NCBI GenBank assembly: GCA_019413925.1
Contig: DXMY01000031.1
Location: forward strand, 5,427-69,426
Reading direction: 5' to 3'
Source of the DNA: Collinsella sp.
Lineage (GTDB): Bacteria > Actinomycetota > Coriobacteriia > Coriobacteriales > Coriobacteriaceae
DNA length: 64,000 bases
Positions 26,476 to 35,690 of the stretch are shown one piece after another. Within the stretch, counting starts at the first letter, position 1; every line of letters starts with the position of its first letter. Position numbers and translations under genes: made by a program. The notes below the pieces were generated by a model that did not search any database, was not told the DNA's origin, and saw nothing but the letters and a program-made list of their open reading frames with translations.

Positions 26476-26985
26476 CTAGTTCTCGGTTTGCTCAACCCGC
26501 ACCTTGACACGTGTCGGATTGCCGTGGCTGTCGAGGGTCTTGGCATCGAGTGCCTGGATCTCGATGTACGCCTCGCCTTCTTTGATGTCGCCGGCGGGGC
26601 ACGTCTCGATTGTCTTGCCGGTCTCGACCACACCGGATTCGTACATGGTCTCGTCGTTTTGGATGACGCGGAATCGCTGGGGAAATTTATTGTCTTGGAC
26701 GTTTTGCACGTTGACGCGCAGCTTGCCGTCCTCCTGCAGCTGAGCGACCGGTGCGACCGAAATCGTCATCATGTTGTCGCGGACTATGGCGTCGAGCTCA
26801 TCTTGGATTTCCTGACGCGTTTTGCCCTCGGCCGTCGTAATCGAAGCGCCCGCCTCGGGTACGGGCTGCGACTGCCAAGCGTATAGTCCTACGGCGACAA
26901 GGGCACAGACGATGGCCAAGCAGGCAACGATGAGCTTCTTGCGACGACCCAGGCCTGCAAAGTGGGGTGGCTTCTTCGCGCTCAT
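26476..26985 (-). CDS. N-terminally membrane-anchored extracytoplasmic protein (hypothetical)
   Basis: ATG at 26985 (MSAKKPPHFAGLGRRKKLIVACLAIVCALVAVGLYAW). High GC3. The longer 372-aa track ORF is an unsupported N-terminal extension. Confidence 0.7.
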   Translation of the reverse strand: MSAKKPPHFAGLGRRKKLIVACLAIVCALVAVGLYAWQSQPVPEAGASITTAEGKTRQEIQDELDAIVRDNMMTISVAPVAQLQEDGKLRVNVQNVQDNKFPQRFRVIQNDETMYESGVVETGKTIETCPAGDIKEGEAYIEIQALDAKTLDSHGNPTRVKVRVEQTEN

Positions 26986-27278
26986 GCGGCATCCTTGGCG
27001 GTATAGATGCGCGCAAAGGTGGACGGGTTCGCTCCAAAGAGCATGTGAAGCATCAGGCGGCGTGAGTAGACAAGCTCGTCGAAGTCGGGAGGGAGCTCGA
27101 TGTCGTGGATATGCGCGATGCGGTGGGCGAGCGCCGAGAACGACTCGGGGTCGCAGATCACATCGGTGGTAACGTGGTAGACCGTCGTATCGGGGAATGC
27201 CTCTTCGTCGAAAGGCAGGAGATGGGGATCGTCGTCGACTTCGATGGCGATGCCGTACTGGGGCCAGTAATATGCCAT
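26982..27278 (-). CDS. Small DUF559/Vsr-like (restriction-endonuclease-fold) remnant-type protein
   Basis: YYWPQYGIAIEVDDDPH ... VYHVTTDVICDPE resembles DF.WP...l.vEvDG..H ... vlRft..dv..dP of DUF559. ATGA overlap with the next gene. High GC3. Confidence 0.5.
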   Translation of the reverse strand: MAYYWPQYGIAIEVDDDPHLLPFDEEAFPDTTVYHVTTDVICDPESFSALAHRIAHIHDIELPPDFDELVYSRRLMLHMLFGANPSTFARIYTAKDAA

Positions 27279-27624
27279 GGGAACCTCCCTGCTTCTGGGG
27301 CCAAAACTTCTGTCGGTTTTGGCTGTCGATGCCGACCGTATCAGCCGTTACTTGACCAATTGCTGACCAAATGCTTGACGGATTGGCGTCTCCGCAGGTA
27401 AAAGGCGGCAAAAAATACTCCAACTTTTTTCGAGCGGCAATCGCGCGGTCAGTGACGGCGGGGCCATATGTGTTAAAAGCATCGTCTGCCGAGGAAATCC
27501 AGCCGCTCGCCGAATTGCACGAACGTAAAAATCGCCAATTATGGAGACGGTCTCGAACACGTCGACGAAACGATGCGGTAACATCTCCCCGCAAACACTG
27601 TAGTTAGCTAAAGGGGGAGTTCGC

Positions 27625-29226
27625 GTGTCTGTAACCATCAAACCCTTCACCGACGAGTTCGAAGAGTATGGCCGCGATGAATCTCGCGCATCGGGCGAAG
27701 CATCGAGCATCTCGTTTCCGACAACGGAAGACGAGGTCCGTGCCATTTTGGAAAAGCTCCATGCCGAGCGTGTCCCGGTAACGGTTCAGGGCGCCCGAAC
27801 CGGCCTTGCCGCCGGTGCCGTGCCCCACGGCGGGCATATCCTCAATACTTCCCGTATGAATCGCTACTTGGGCCTTCGCCGCGATGAACAAGGCCAATTT
27901 TTGCTGCGCGTGGAGCCGGGCGTTGTGCTCTCGGAGCTGCGCAAGCAGCTGAGCAAGAAGGTGCTGCCGACCGCTGGTTGGGACCAGGCATCGCTTAAGG
28001 CCTACGATGAGTTTCAAGAGGCCCCCGAGCAGTTCTTTCCCACCGATCCCACCGAGGCGTCTGCCTGTCTGGGCGGCATGGCGGCATGTAACGCCTCCGG
28101 TGCCCGCAGCTACGCCTACGGCCCCATGCGCCCGCATATCACGGGACTCCACGTCGCGCTGGCTGATGGCGATTTGCTTGAGCTTCAGCGCGGCGAGGCT
28201 TTTGCCCAGGGCCGCCGCCTGTCGCTCGTGACGGCAGTGGGCCACACACTCGAGCTTGACCTTCCCGACTACACCATGCCCAAGACCAAAAATGCTTCGG
28301 GCTATTTCGTTGCTGACGATATGGATGCCATCGAATTGTTTATCGGTGCGTGTGGCACAATCGGCGTCATCACCGAGCTCGAGATTGCCCTGCAGGCGGC
28401 GCCTGCGGTCGTTTGGGGCGTGAGCTGTTTCTTTGACAGCGAAGACAAGGCCGTGTCCTTCACCGATTCCGTGCGTCCCGTCCTGTCCCATGCGGCTGCC
28501 ATCGAGTACTTCGACGCTGGCGCCCTGGATATTCTACGTCGCCAGCGCGAGCAGTCGACGGCGTTTGCCTCGCTGCCGGCGCTCGACAAAGAGGCCAAGG
28601 TCTGTGTCTACGTGGAGCTCGACTGCGACGACGAAGTTCAGGCGACTGAGGAGCTGTATCACTTGGGGTGGGTACTGGAGCTTGCGGGTGGCCGCGACGA
28701 CGCGACCTGGGTTGCGCGCACCGAGGTCGATCGCGAATGCCAGCGGTTCTTCCGCCATGCGGTGCCCGAGAGCGTCAACATGCTCATCGACGAGCGTCGC
28801 CGCACGGATCCCGCCATCACCAAACTGGGCTCGGACATGTCGGTGCCCAATGCACGCTTGGCCGATGTCATCGCCCTTTATCGCCGCACGTTGGCCGAAA
28901 GTGGGCTTGAATCTGCCGCCTGGGGGCACATCGGTAACAACCATCTGCATGTGAACATTCTGCCGCGCGATGCGCAGGAATACCGCCGCGGCGGAGAACT
29001 CTTTGCCCGGTGGGCTTCCGAGGTCACGGTCATGGGCGGCGCCGTCTCCGCCGAACACGGTGTCGGCAAGATCAAGGCGGGCTTCTTGGAGACGATGTAC
29101 GGTCACGAGGCCATGGTCGAGTCGGCACGGCTTAAGCTCCAGCTCGATCCTGCCGGGCAGCTGGGCCGCGGTAACCTGTTTTCGGAGAAGCTCTTGGATG
29201 AGCTCGTCCAGAAAGGGGGCGCGTGA
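27625..29226 (+). CDS. FAD-linked oxidase, GlcD/LctD-type (D-lactate dehydrogenase-like)
   Basis: AAGGGGGAG ribosome-binding site, GTG start. FAD-binding PCMH block VTVQGARTGLAAGAVP. C-terminal GGAVSAEHGVGK typical of GlcD/D-LDH. Confidence 0.88.
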   Translation: MSVTIKPFTDEFEEYGRDESRASGEASSISFPTTEDEVRAILEKLHAERVPVTVQGARTGLAAGAVPHGGHILNTSRMNRYLGLRRDEQGQFLLRVEPGVVLSELRKQLSKKVLPTAGWDQASLKAYDEFQEAPEQFFPTDPTEASACLGGMAACNASGARSYAYGPMRPHITGLHVALADGDLLELQRGEAFAQGRRLSLVTAVGHTLELDLPDYTMPKTKNASGYFVADDMDAIELFIGACGTIGVITELEIALQAAPAVVWGVSCFFDSEDKAVSFTDSVRPVLSHAAAIEYFDAGALDILRRQREQSTAFASLPALDKEAKVCVYVELDCDDEVQATEELYHLGWVLELAGGRDDATWVARTEVDRECQRFFRHAVPESVNMLIDERRRTDPAITKLGSDMSVPNARLADVIALYRRTLAESGLESAAWGHIGNNHLHVNILPRDAQEYRRGGELFARWASEVTVMGGAVSAEHGVGKIKAGFLETMYGHEAMVESARLKLQLDPAGQLGRGNLFSEKLLDELVQKGGA

Positions 29227-30044
29227 AGATGAGCGATTTCCATATGGTGGTGTGCGTCAAGGCCGTGCCGGGAAGCACCGAGGTCAAGATGGACCCCAAG
29301 ACCAATACCATCGTGCGCGATGGCAAACAGGCGGTCATTAATCCCTTTGACGCGAGCGCTTTGGAATGCGCGCTGGCGCTGAAGGACGACTTTATCGGCT
29401 TTGGCATGGATGTGCGCGTGACGGTGGTGTCGATGGGCATCCCCGCGACCGAGTCGCTGCTGCGCGACTGCATCGCCCGAGGCGCCGACGACGCGCTGCT
29501 GCTGACCGATCGCGCCTTTGCAGGTGCCGATACCCTGGCAACCACCTATGCCCTCAAGTGCGGCATCGAGGCGCTCGACGAGGACTTCGACCTGCTCATC
29601 TGCGGCAAGATGGCGGTGGATGGCGATACGGCCCAGATTGGTCCCGAGCTTGCCGGTGCCTTTGATATTCCCTGCGTGACCGACGTGAGCTGCGTGCAGA
29701 GCGCGGGCTTTACGACCTGTGGCTCGCTGGCGCTCGTTCACGGATGCGATGCCGGCGAGGAGACGGTGTACCTTGAGATGCCGTGCGCGATGACGACTGC
29801 CAAGGAGATTGGCCAGTTGCGTATGCCGAGTATTGCCGGTATCCGCGCGGCGGAGGAGGCGGACGTGCGCGTGGTCAGTGCCGCCGACGTGAACGCCGAC
29901 CCCGCGCGTTGCGGTCTTGCCGGGTCGCCGACACAGGTCGTGCGCTCGTTTGTGCCCGACCGTGACCAAACGTGCGAGGCCGTTGAGGGGACGGCGTCCG
30001 AGCAGGCGGCAAAACTTGCCAAGATCATCGAGGGGATGGCATAG
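29223..30044 (+). CDS. etfB: Electron transfer flavoprotein beta subunit (bifurcating-type motif)
   Basis: VVCVKAVP start region. Contains VDGDTAQIGPELA, the DGDTAQ(V/I)GP motif associated with beta-FAD binding in bifurcating Etfs. Start is ambiguous (GTG 29223 / ATG 29229). Confidence 0.9.
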   Translation: MKMSDFHMVVCVKAVPGSTEVKMDPKTNTIVRDGKQAVINPFDASALECALALKDDFIGFGMDVRVTVVSMGIPATESLLRDCIARGADDALLLTDRAFAGADTLATTYALKCGIEALDEDFDLLICGKMAVDGDTAQIGPELAGAFDIPCVTDVSCVQSAGFTTCGSLALVHGCDAGEETVYLEMPCAMTTAKEIGQLRMPSIAGIRAAEEADVRVVSAADVNADPARCGLAGSPTQVVRSFVPDRDQTCEAVEGTASEQAAKLAKIIEGMA

Positions 30045-31250
30045 ATGAGCGGACTGATTATCGATAGCGAAGCCTGTATCGGCTGCGGTCGCTGCGTTCG
30101 CGCCTGCGCCTCGGGCGGCATTGTGGTGGAGGGCGAGCGTCCCAACCGATGCGCCCGCGTAACCGACGGCTGTATCCTATGCGGTGGGTGCGTCGACGCC
30201 TGCCCTGTCAACGCTATCTCGATCGAGTGTGACGAGGCCGCTGGTGCGGTGGACCTTGATGCATATCGAGACATTTGGGTCTTCGTGCAGACCGACGAGC
30301 ACGATACGGTGACTCCCGTTGCCTATGAGCTTATGGGCAAGGGGCGCGAGCTTGCCGATGCTCGCGGCTGCCGTCTGGTGGCACTGGTCGGCATGAGCCC
30401 CGAGGGCTCGCTCGGGGACCTGGAGCATCTGGTTTGCGCGGGCGCCGACGAAGTCCTGGCCTGTCGCGACGAGCGCCTGCGCCAAAACGATGCGGAGGTC
30501 TACGCCCGCTTGATCTGCGATTTGGTAGCCGAACGCAAACCCGAGGCCATCCTATACGGTGCGACCGCTTTTGGTCGCGAACTGGCACCCGGCGTTGCCG
30601 TGCGTTTGCAGACGGGCCTTACGGCTGACTGCACCGTACTTTCGATGGATACAGAGACGGGACTGCTGCAACAGACGCGTCCGGCGTTTGGCGGCAACCT
30701 GATGGCCACCATCATTTGCCCCAACCACCGTCCGCAGATGGCAACGGTGCGCCCCGGTATCTTTAAGGCTCCCGACTTCGACTACGGCCGCTCTGGCACG
30801 ATCACCCAGATATCGCTTGCGGATGATGCTAAGGCTCGTGTCGAGATCTCGATTCCCGCCGAGGAGTGGGGACAGCAGCCCTCGATCGCCAATGCCGAGC
30901 GCCTGGTCGTGGTGGGTCGCGGCATTGGTTCCAAGAAAAACCTGCCGTTGATGCGAAGGCTCGCCGAGGCTCTGGGTGCCGAGCTTGGTTGCACGCGTCC
31001 CGTCGTGGAGGCGGGTTGGCTGGAGTATCGCCACCAGATTGGCCAGACGGGCGTATCGGTTTCGCCCAGGCTTCTCGTGAGTATCGGTGTTTCGGGCGCC
31101 ATCCAACATCTTGCCGGCATCGGTGGGGCGGAGTGCATCATCGCCATCAACGAGGACCCGGATGCCCCCATTTTCGGTGCTGCCCAGTACAAGGTTGTTG
31201 GGGATGCCGTCGAGGTCGTCGAGGAGCTGCTGGCCCAGCTTGAGCGCTAG
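30045..31250 (+). CDS. etfA: Electron transfer flavoprotein alpha subunit with N-terminal 2x CxxCxxCxxxC ferredoxin domain
   Basis: CIGCGRCVRAC and CILCGGCVDACP clusters, then Etf-alpha blocks (IGQTG, AGIGGAECIIAINEDPDAPIF). Confidence 0.9.
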   Translation: MSGLIIDSEACIGCGRCVRACASGGIVVEGERPNRCARVTDGCILCGGCVDACPVNAISIECDEAAGAVDLDAYRDIWVFVQTDEHDTVTPVAYELMGKGRELADARGCRLVALVGMSPEGSLGDLEHLVCAGADEVLACRDERLRQNDAEVYARLICDLVAERKPEAILYGATAFGRELAPGVAVRLQTGLTADCTVLSMDTETGLLQQTRPAFGGNLMATIICPNHRPQMATVRPGIFKAPDFDYGRSGTITQISLADDAKARVEISIPAEEWGQQPSIANAERLVVVGRGIGSKKNLPLMRRLAEALGAELGCTRPVVEAGWLEYRHQIGQTGVSVSPRLLVSIGVSGAIQHLAGIGGAECIIAINEDPDAPIFGAAQYKVVGDAVEVVEELLAQLER

Positions 31251-32059
31251 GCGCGCGCCAGCCAGTCGCGCATCTCGTCCTTTAGGCGGCTCCAAGTTGC
31301 CTGCGTGGCGGGGTCGGTAAAGGGCCGCGTAATGCCAAAGGGCGCGTCGAGCAGGCGGTGGATATCGCCCTGTTCGCGCGCCAGCGCGCGGCTTGCTGGA
31401 TAGACGAGCTCAAACATAAAGCAGATAAGCCCCACCAAGAAGTCGGCGGGCTCATCGCGCTCATCGCGTGCGACGCAGCGGTGCTCGTCAAAGGCGGCAA
31501 GTGTCGGCGACGAGAAACGGCTGCCGAGAAACGTCTTCTCGTCCACCTTGAGGATAGTGTCGACAGTGCTGTCGGCGATGGTGCGCATAATGTCGATCTT
31601 GTCGCCATCGCGCACGATATCGCAGAAGCTCCGCGTGCGCTCGTCGAGCTGCGCGGGTAGACGGAAATCGCTGTGATAGGCAATGCTCGCTCGGATGAGC
31701 TCATCTTCTGCCGGGTCATCGATAAAGTCGCGGATGCTCGTTACGGCGGGTGCATCGGCGGGATTCTCGCCAAAGAGGACCTCGATGCCCAGCGCCGCAT
31801 GGCTCATGCTCTCGGCGTCCTTAAAGGTGTCCCAGCGTCGCAGCTGCTCAAAGCGGCCCATATCGTGTAGCAGGCCGCAAAGCCATGCCAGGTCAATATC
31901 TTCTGACGACCAGCCCTGCTCGCGCGCTACGGCATCGCATGCCTCGGCCACGTGGTACGTATGCTCGATTTTGAGCGCGATGCGTGGGTTGGTGGCGTCG
32001 TAGGCATCGGTGTAGCTTTTGAAGGCCGCGCGCGCCCGGTCTCGATCGATAGCTGTCAT
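31247..32059 (-). CDS. HD-domain phosphohydrolase
   Basis: LLHDMGRFEQ HD motif plus upstream H...H. Confidence 0.8.
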   Translation of the reverse strand: MTAIDRDRARAAFKSYTDAYDATNPRIALKIEHTYHVAEACDAVAREQGWSSEDIDLAWLCGLLHDMGRFEQLRRWDTFKDAESMSHAALGIEVLFGENPADAPAVTSIRDFIDDPAEDELIRASIAYHSDFRLPAQLDERTRSFCDIVRDGDKIDIMRTIADSTVDTILKVDEKTFLGSRFSSPTLAAFDEHRCVARDERDEPADFLVGLICFMFELVYPASRALAREQGDIHRLLDAPFGITRPFTDPATQATWSRLKDEMRDWLARA

Positions 32060-32185
32060 AATGACTTCCTAAAAAGTTGTGTCTTTCGATCCGGTGGCAA
32101 TTGTAGGTGAACTCGGTTGCTGCCGGATGATGATTCTGCCGTGTCGCTACATGCGGCTCGGAGACCTTGTCAGGATGAGAAACGT

Positions 32186-32878
32186 ATGGTGCTCAAAATC
32201 GTTAGAACCGTCTGGCCAGTGATGCTTACCTATGTTGCAATAGGCGCGCCGTGCGGAATGATCATGGGGCAGACGGGAATGGAGCCCTGGATGGTCTTTG
32301 CTCTAAGCAGTACGTTTGTGACGGGCAGCGGCCAGTTTATGATCTGCAACCTGTGGCTGGCGGGTGTGCCTGCAGCATCGATCGTCGCGAGCGTCGCCGC
32401 AATCTCCTCGCGCTTTGCGCTTTACTCGGCATCGATCGCACCGCATCTGAGGGGTGCCTCGAAGCGTCAGACGCTGGCTGTTGCCGCGACACTTACCGAG
32501 GAGGCATATGGCATCTCGCTTGCCAAGTTGGTTGAAGGGGAGGATTGGGGCCCGCGCGAGTCCTTTGTGCTCAACGTAATCCTCATCGCAACATGGGGCG
32601 TTTCGTGTACGATGGGCGCCATCGTCGGCGCCGTTGTCGATGTTCCCACCGCCATTGCAGCCTTTGTCTGCACCTCGCTCTTTATCTGCCTGCTCTTTTC
32701 GCAGCGGCTGTCGCGCGGTAACGTTGTCGCGGCGGTTTCGGGCGCGGTGTCCGTCGCCGTATGCAAGTTCTTGGGCCTCGCGAATATTGCCGTGCCGGCA
32801 AGCGTCGTGGTCGGCATTGCCATTGCGCTGGCGTGCGATGCTGTATTTGACGGAAGAGGTGCCCGCGATGCCCGCTAA
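32186..32878 (+). CDS. azlC: AzlC-family branched-chain amino acid exporter subunit
   Basis: Polytopic. N-terminal ...PVMLTYVAIGAPCGMIMGQTG... and paired with a downstream AzlD-like gene. Confidence 0.8.
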   Translation: MVLKIVRTVWPVMLTYVAIGAPCGMIMGQTGMEPWMVFALSSTFVTGSGQFMICNLWLAGVPAASIVASVAAISSRFALYSASIAPHLRGASKRQTLAVAATLTEEAYGISLAKLVEGEDWGPRESFVLNVILIATWGVSCTMGAIVGAVVDVPTAIAAFVCTSLFICLLFSQRLSRGNVVAAVSGAVSVAVCKFLGLANIAVPASVVVGIAIALACDAVFDGRGARDAR

Positions 32879-33191
32879 CGAGTTCTTGGTTCTGTGGCTG
32901 TCGTCGTGGGCTGCTATCGCGTTCTTTCGCATCGCGCCGGCGTTCGCCTTGCGCGGGCGGACCCTGTCGTCCCGCATTACCGAGGCCCTGGGCTATATCC
33001 CGCCCGCTGCCTTTGCCGCGCTGGTCGCCAACGACTTGGTGAACCCCGGTGCGTTCGACGCGGGACTCTGGCCTGCCTTGGTTCCCTGGATTGCGGCCAC
33101 CGGCGTCGTGGCGGTGGCAATCAAGACAAAGTCGATGTTGTGGTGCTGCGTTTCGGGCATCGTGTTCTATATCGTTTTGAGCCTCGTATAG
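32868..33191 (+). CDS. azlD: AzlD-family small membrane protein
   Basis: 107 aa, overlaps the azlC end by 11 nt. AFFRIAPAF ... IPPAAFAALV pattern typical of AzlD. Confidence 0.78.
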   Translation: MPANEFLVLWLSSWAAIAFFRIAPAFALRGRTLSSRITEALGYIPPAAFAALVANDLVNPGAFDAGLWPALVPWIAATGVVAVAIKTKSMLWCCVSGIVFYIVLSLV

Positions 33192-33332
33192 GAGCAGGAC
33201 GCGTTATCGTCCCGGCCTAACGAATCGAATTTCTCACCGAGGCGGTCTGCTTCTTCTGGTACCATGGTCAAACTTTACTGTAGCAAAGCGTGACGTGGGC
33301 TTTTGTTCTGCGTCAGCGGAAATGGGGGTTTC

Positions 33333-34355
33333 ATGGCACAGGAAGCGACCGCCAGCGAGCAAAAGAAATTCAAGGTACCGCGCATCCCGGGCGACATCAT
33401 GATCTATCCGATGATCGTCGGCCTTTTGCTCAATACCTTCTGCCCGCAGGTCTTTGAGGTCGGCGGCTTCTTTACGGCTGCCTGCCGCGGCGGCTCCAAC
33501 ACCATCGTTGCCGCGATCTTGCTGTTCGTGGGCGCCGGCATCAGCTTTAAGTCCACGCCGGGCGCCATCAAGACCGGCATCGTCGTGCTGATTCCTAAGC
33601 TTGTAGTGGCAGCCGCGCTGGGTCTGGGCGTCGCGTACTTCTTTAACGATAACTTTTTAGGCCTGAGCTCGGTTTCCATCATCGGCGGCATTACGTTTTG
33701 CAACATGGCGCTCTATACGGGCATCATGGGCGAGTTCGGCGATGAGTCCGAGCAGGGCGCTGTCGGTATCCTGTTCTTTACGGCCGGCCCCGCCGTCACG
33801 ATGATCATCCTTGGTGTTTCGGGTCTCGCCAACATCCCCGTCGGCACCATCATCGGATCCATCCTGCCGCTTGTTATCGGCATGGTCCTGGGCAACTTGT
33901 TCCCGTTTATCAAGAACCTGTTGGTTCCCGGCGCCAATCCCGCGATCGCTGTAATTGGTTTTCAGCTCGGTGCGTCCATGAGCCTTTCGAGCTTCATCGC
34001 CGGTGGCATTTCGGGCATCCTGCTGGGCCTCATCACGCTCTTTATCGTCGGTCCCATTACCTTTGCCTTCGAGCGCCTGTGTGGCGGCAATGGTAAGGCG
34101 GCTGTGGCATGTTCCACCATTGCCGGCACGGCCATGACCACGCCGGTCGCCCTCGCCGAGGTCGCTCCGCGCTATGCCGAGCTTGCGCCCACCGCGTATG
34201 CGCAGATCGCCACTGCCGTCATCATCACGGCAATCATGGCCCCGATTCTGACCGGCTGGGTCGATAAGAAGTTCTGCCAGGGCAAGGAAGACCTGTCGCC
34301 TGCCGGTGTCGAGGCCATCGAAGAGGCTGTCGCGACCGACATCGATGGCGAGTAG
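33333..34355 (+). CDS. kdgT: 2-keto-3-deoxygluconate permease KdgT family
   Basis: KVPRIPGDIMIYPMIVGLLLNTFCPQVFEVGGFFTA closely follows the KdgT N-terminus. Confidence 0.82.
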   Translation: MAQEATASEQKKFKVPRIPGDIMIYPMIVGLLLNTFCPQVFEVGGFFTAACRGGSNTIVAAILLFVGAGISFKSTPGAIKTGIVVLIPKLVVAAALGLGVAYFFNDNFLGLSSVSIIGGITFCNMALYTGIMGEFGDESEQGAVGILFFTAGPAVTMIILGVSGLANIPVGTIIGSILPLVIGMVLGNLFPFIKNLLVPGANPAIAVIGFQLGASMSLSSFIAGGISGILLGLITLFIVGPITFAFERLCGGNGKAAVACSTIAGTAMTTPVALAEVAPRYAELAPTAYAQIATAVIITAIMAPILTGWVDKKFCQGKEDLSPAGVEAIEEAVATDIDGE

Positions 34356-34400
34356 CAATCGATACCCATCAATGATTCCGGCGTGCAACTCGCGCCGTTT

Positions 34401-34444
34401 GAGCGCCCGAACGAGAGCTGTCTTGCAGTGACGTTCGGGCGCTC
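34401..34444 (+). terminator. Intrinsic terminator after kdgT
   Basis: Perfect 13-bp stem GAGCGCCCGAACG / CGTTCGGGCGCTC followed by TGCTATTATT. Confidence 0.6.
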
Positions 34445-34543
34445 TGCTATTATTCCCCTTACCCCTGCGGAGAAAGGGGCGTTTATTGCCCAGACACGAA
34501 TCGGGCGATTCTGACCACTTGGATATTGAAGGGAGGGCGTCTA

Positions 34544-35686
34544 GTGGTTAAGGCACTCAAGATTGAGATATTCCTGCTATGCATGATTGTTCTTATCGGG
34601 CTTGCCGTACGAAGCCGTCGCTCCCTGTTCTCGAGCACCCAGCAGCTTTTGTTTAGCATGCTGGGCTACACGTCTGCTGCCTACATTTTCTTCGATATGA
34701 TCTGGACGCTTTCGGATGGTGTGGACGGCACGTTGGGCATTGCAGCCAACTGGATTTCCAACGCGGTTTCGTTTTCGCTCTTCGCCATCGCGTGTCTCAT
34801 TTGGTTTATCTATTCCGAGACGATGCAAGGCTCTCACCTTGTGACCTCGCGCTATAGGGTGGTGCTTGTAACGTTGCCTACGGCTCTGGTGGTCGTGCTG
34901 GCTTTTACCAGTTACTGGACGCACGCCCTGTTCTATATCGATTCGCAGGGCGTGTATCGTCGCGGCTTTGCCTATATGATCCAGCCCATTGTCAGCTACT
35001 GTTACGTTATACATACGTCCCTGCATGCGTTTGTGCAATCTCGCAGGGTCGAGAGCCTGCAGACGAAGGCTATCTATCGAACCTTGGCATTTTTCGCCAT
35101 TCCGGCCCTGGTGGGCGGTACCTTTCAGATCGTATACTCGGTGCCTGGCCTTTGTGTCGGCATAATGATTAGCATGTTGCTGCTCTATATCATCTGCCAG
35201 GAGCAGCTCATCTCGACCGACCCGTTGACTGGCCTCAACAATCGCAACCGTTTTGAGACCTATATGCTGTCGCTCTTCTCAAATGTGGATCAGGCCGAAG
35301 ATGTGTATCTGCTCATGATGGACGCCGACGGCTTTAAGCAGATTAACGATCAGTATGGACATGTGGAGGGCGACCATGCTCTTCAGGTTGTTTCCGCAGT
35401 ACTCAAGGACGTCTGTTCGCCGTCCGGCGGCTTTATTGCGCGCTATGGCGGTGATGAGTTCGTCGTACTGCAGAAGGGGGTGACGGAGCACGACATTATC
35501 CGCCTGTGTTCGGCGATCAATAACGAGCTCTCGCGCGCCGAGACACCCTACTCGCTTCGAATGTCTATCGGCTACGCGCGCTACGGCGATGGGATCAACA
35601 CGTGGCAAGAGCTTCTGCGCGCTGCCGATGCGGAGTTCTATCGCATCAAGGATGCCAAAAAGAAATCCGGCATCAAGGTTCGCTAG
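34544..35686 (+). CDS. Membrane-bound GGDEF diguanylate cyclase
   Basis: GGGAGGG 6 nt before the GTG at 34544. About 6 TM helices. GLNNRNRFE and RYGGDEFVV active-site motif. Confidence 0.88.
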   Translation: MVKALKIEIFLLCMIVLIGLAVRSRRSLFSSTQQLLFSMLGYTSAAYIFFDMIWTLSDGVDGTLGIAANWISNAVSFSLFAIACLIWFIYSETMQGSHLVTSRYRVVLVTLPTALVVVLAFTSYWTHALFYIDSQGVYRRGFAYMIQPIVSYCYVIHTSLHAFVQSRRVESLQTKAIYRTLAFFAIPALVGGTFQIVYSVPGLCVGIMISMLLLYIICQEQLISTDPLTGLNNRNRFETYMLSLFSNVDQAEDVYLLMMDADGFKQINDQYGHVEGDHALQVVSAVLKDVCSPSGGFIARYGGDEFVVLQKGVTEHDIIRLCSAINNELSRAETPYSLRMSIGYARYGDGINTWQELLRAADAEFYRIKDAKKKSGIKVR

Positions 35687-35690
35687 AAAA

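Noticed and set aside
26986-27594. Upstream extension of the 372-aa minus-strand ORF
   Set aside because: The extension overlaps the better-supported 98-aa gene in another frame and reads as Arg/Pro/Ser-rich noise. A TM-anchored protein with its own ATG at 26985 explains the conserved-looking part.
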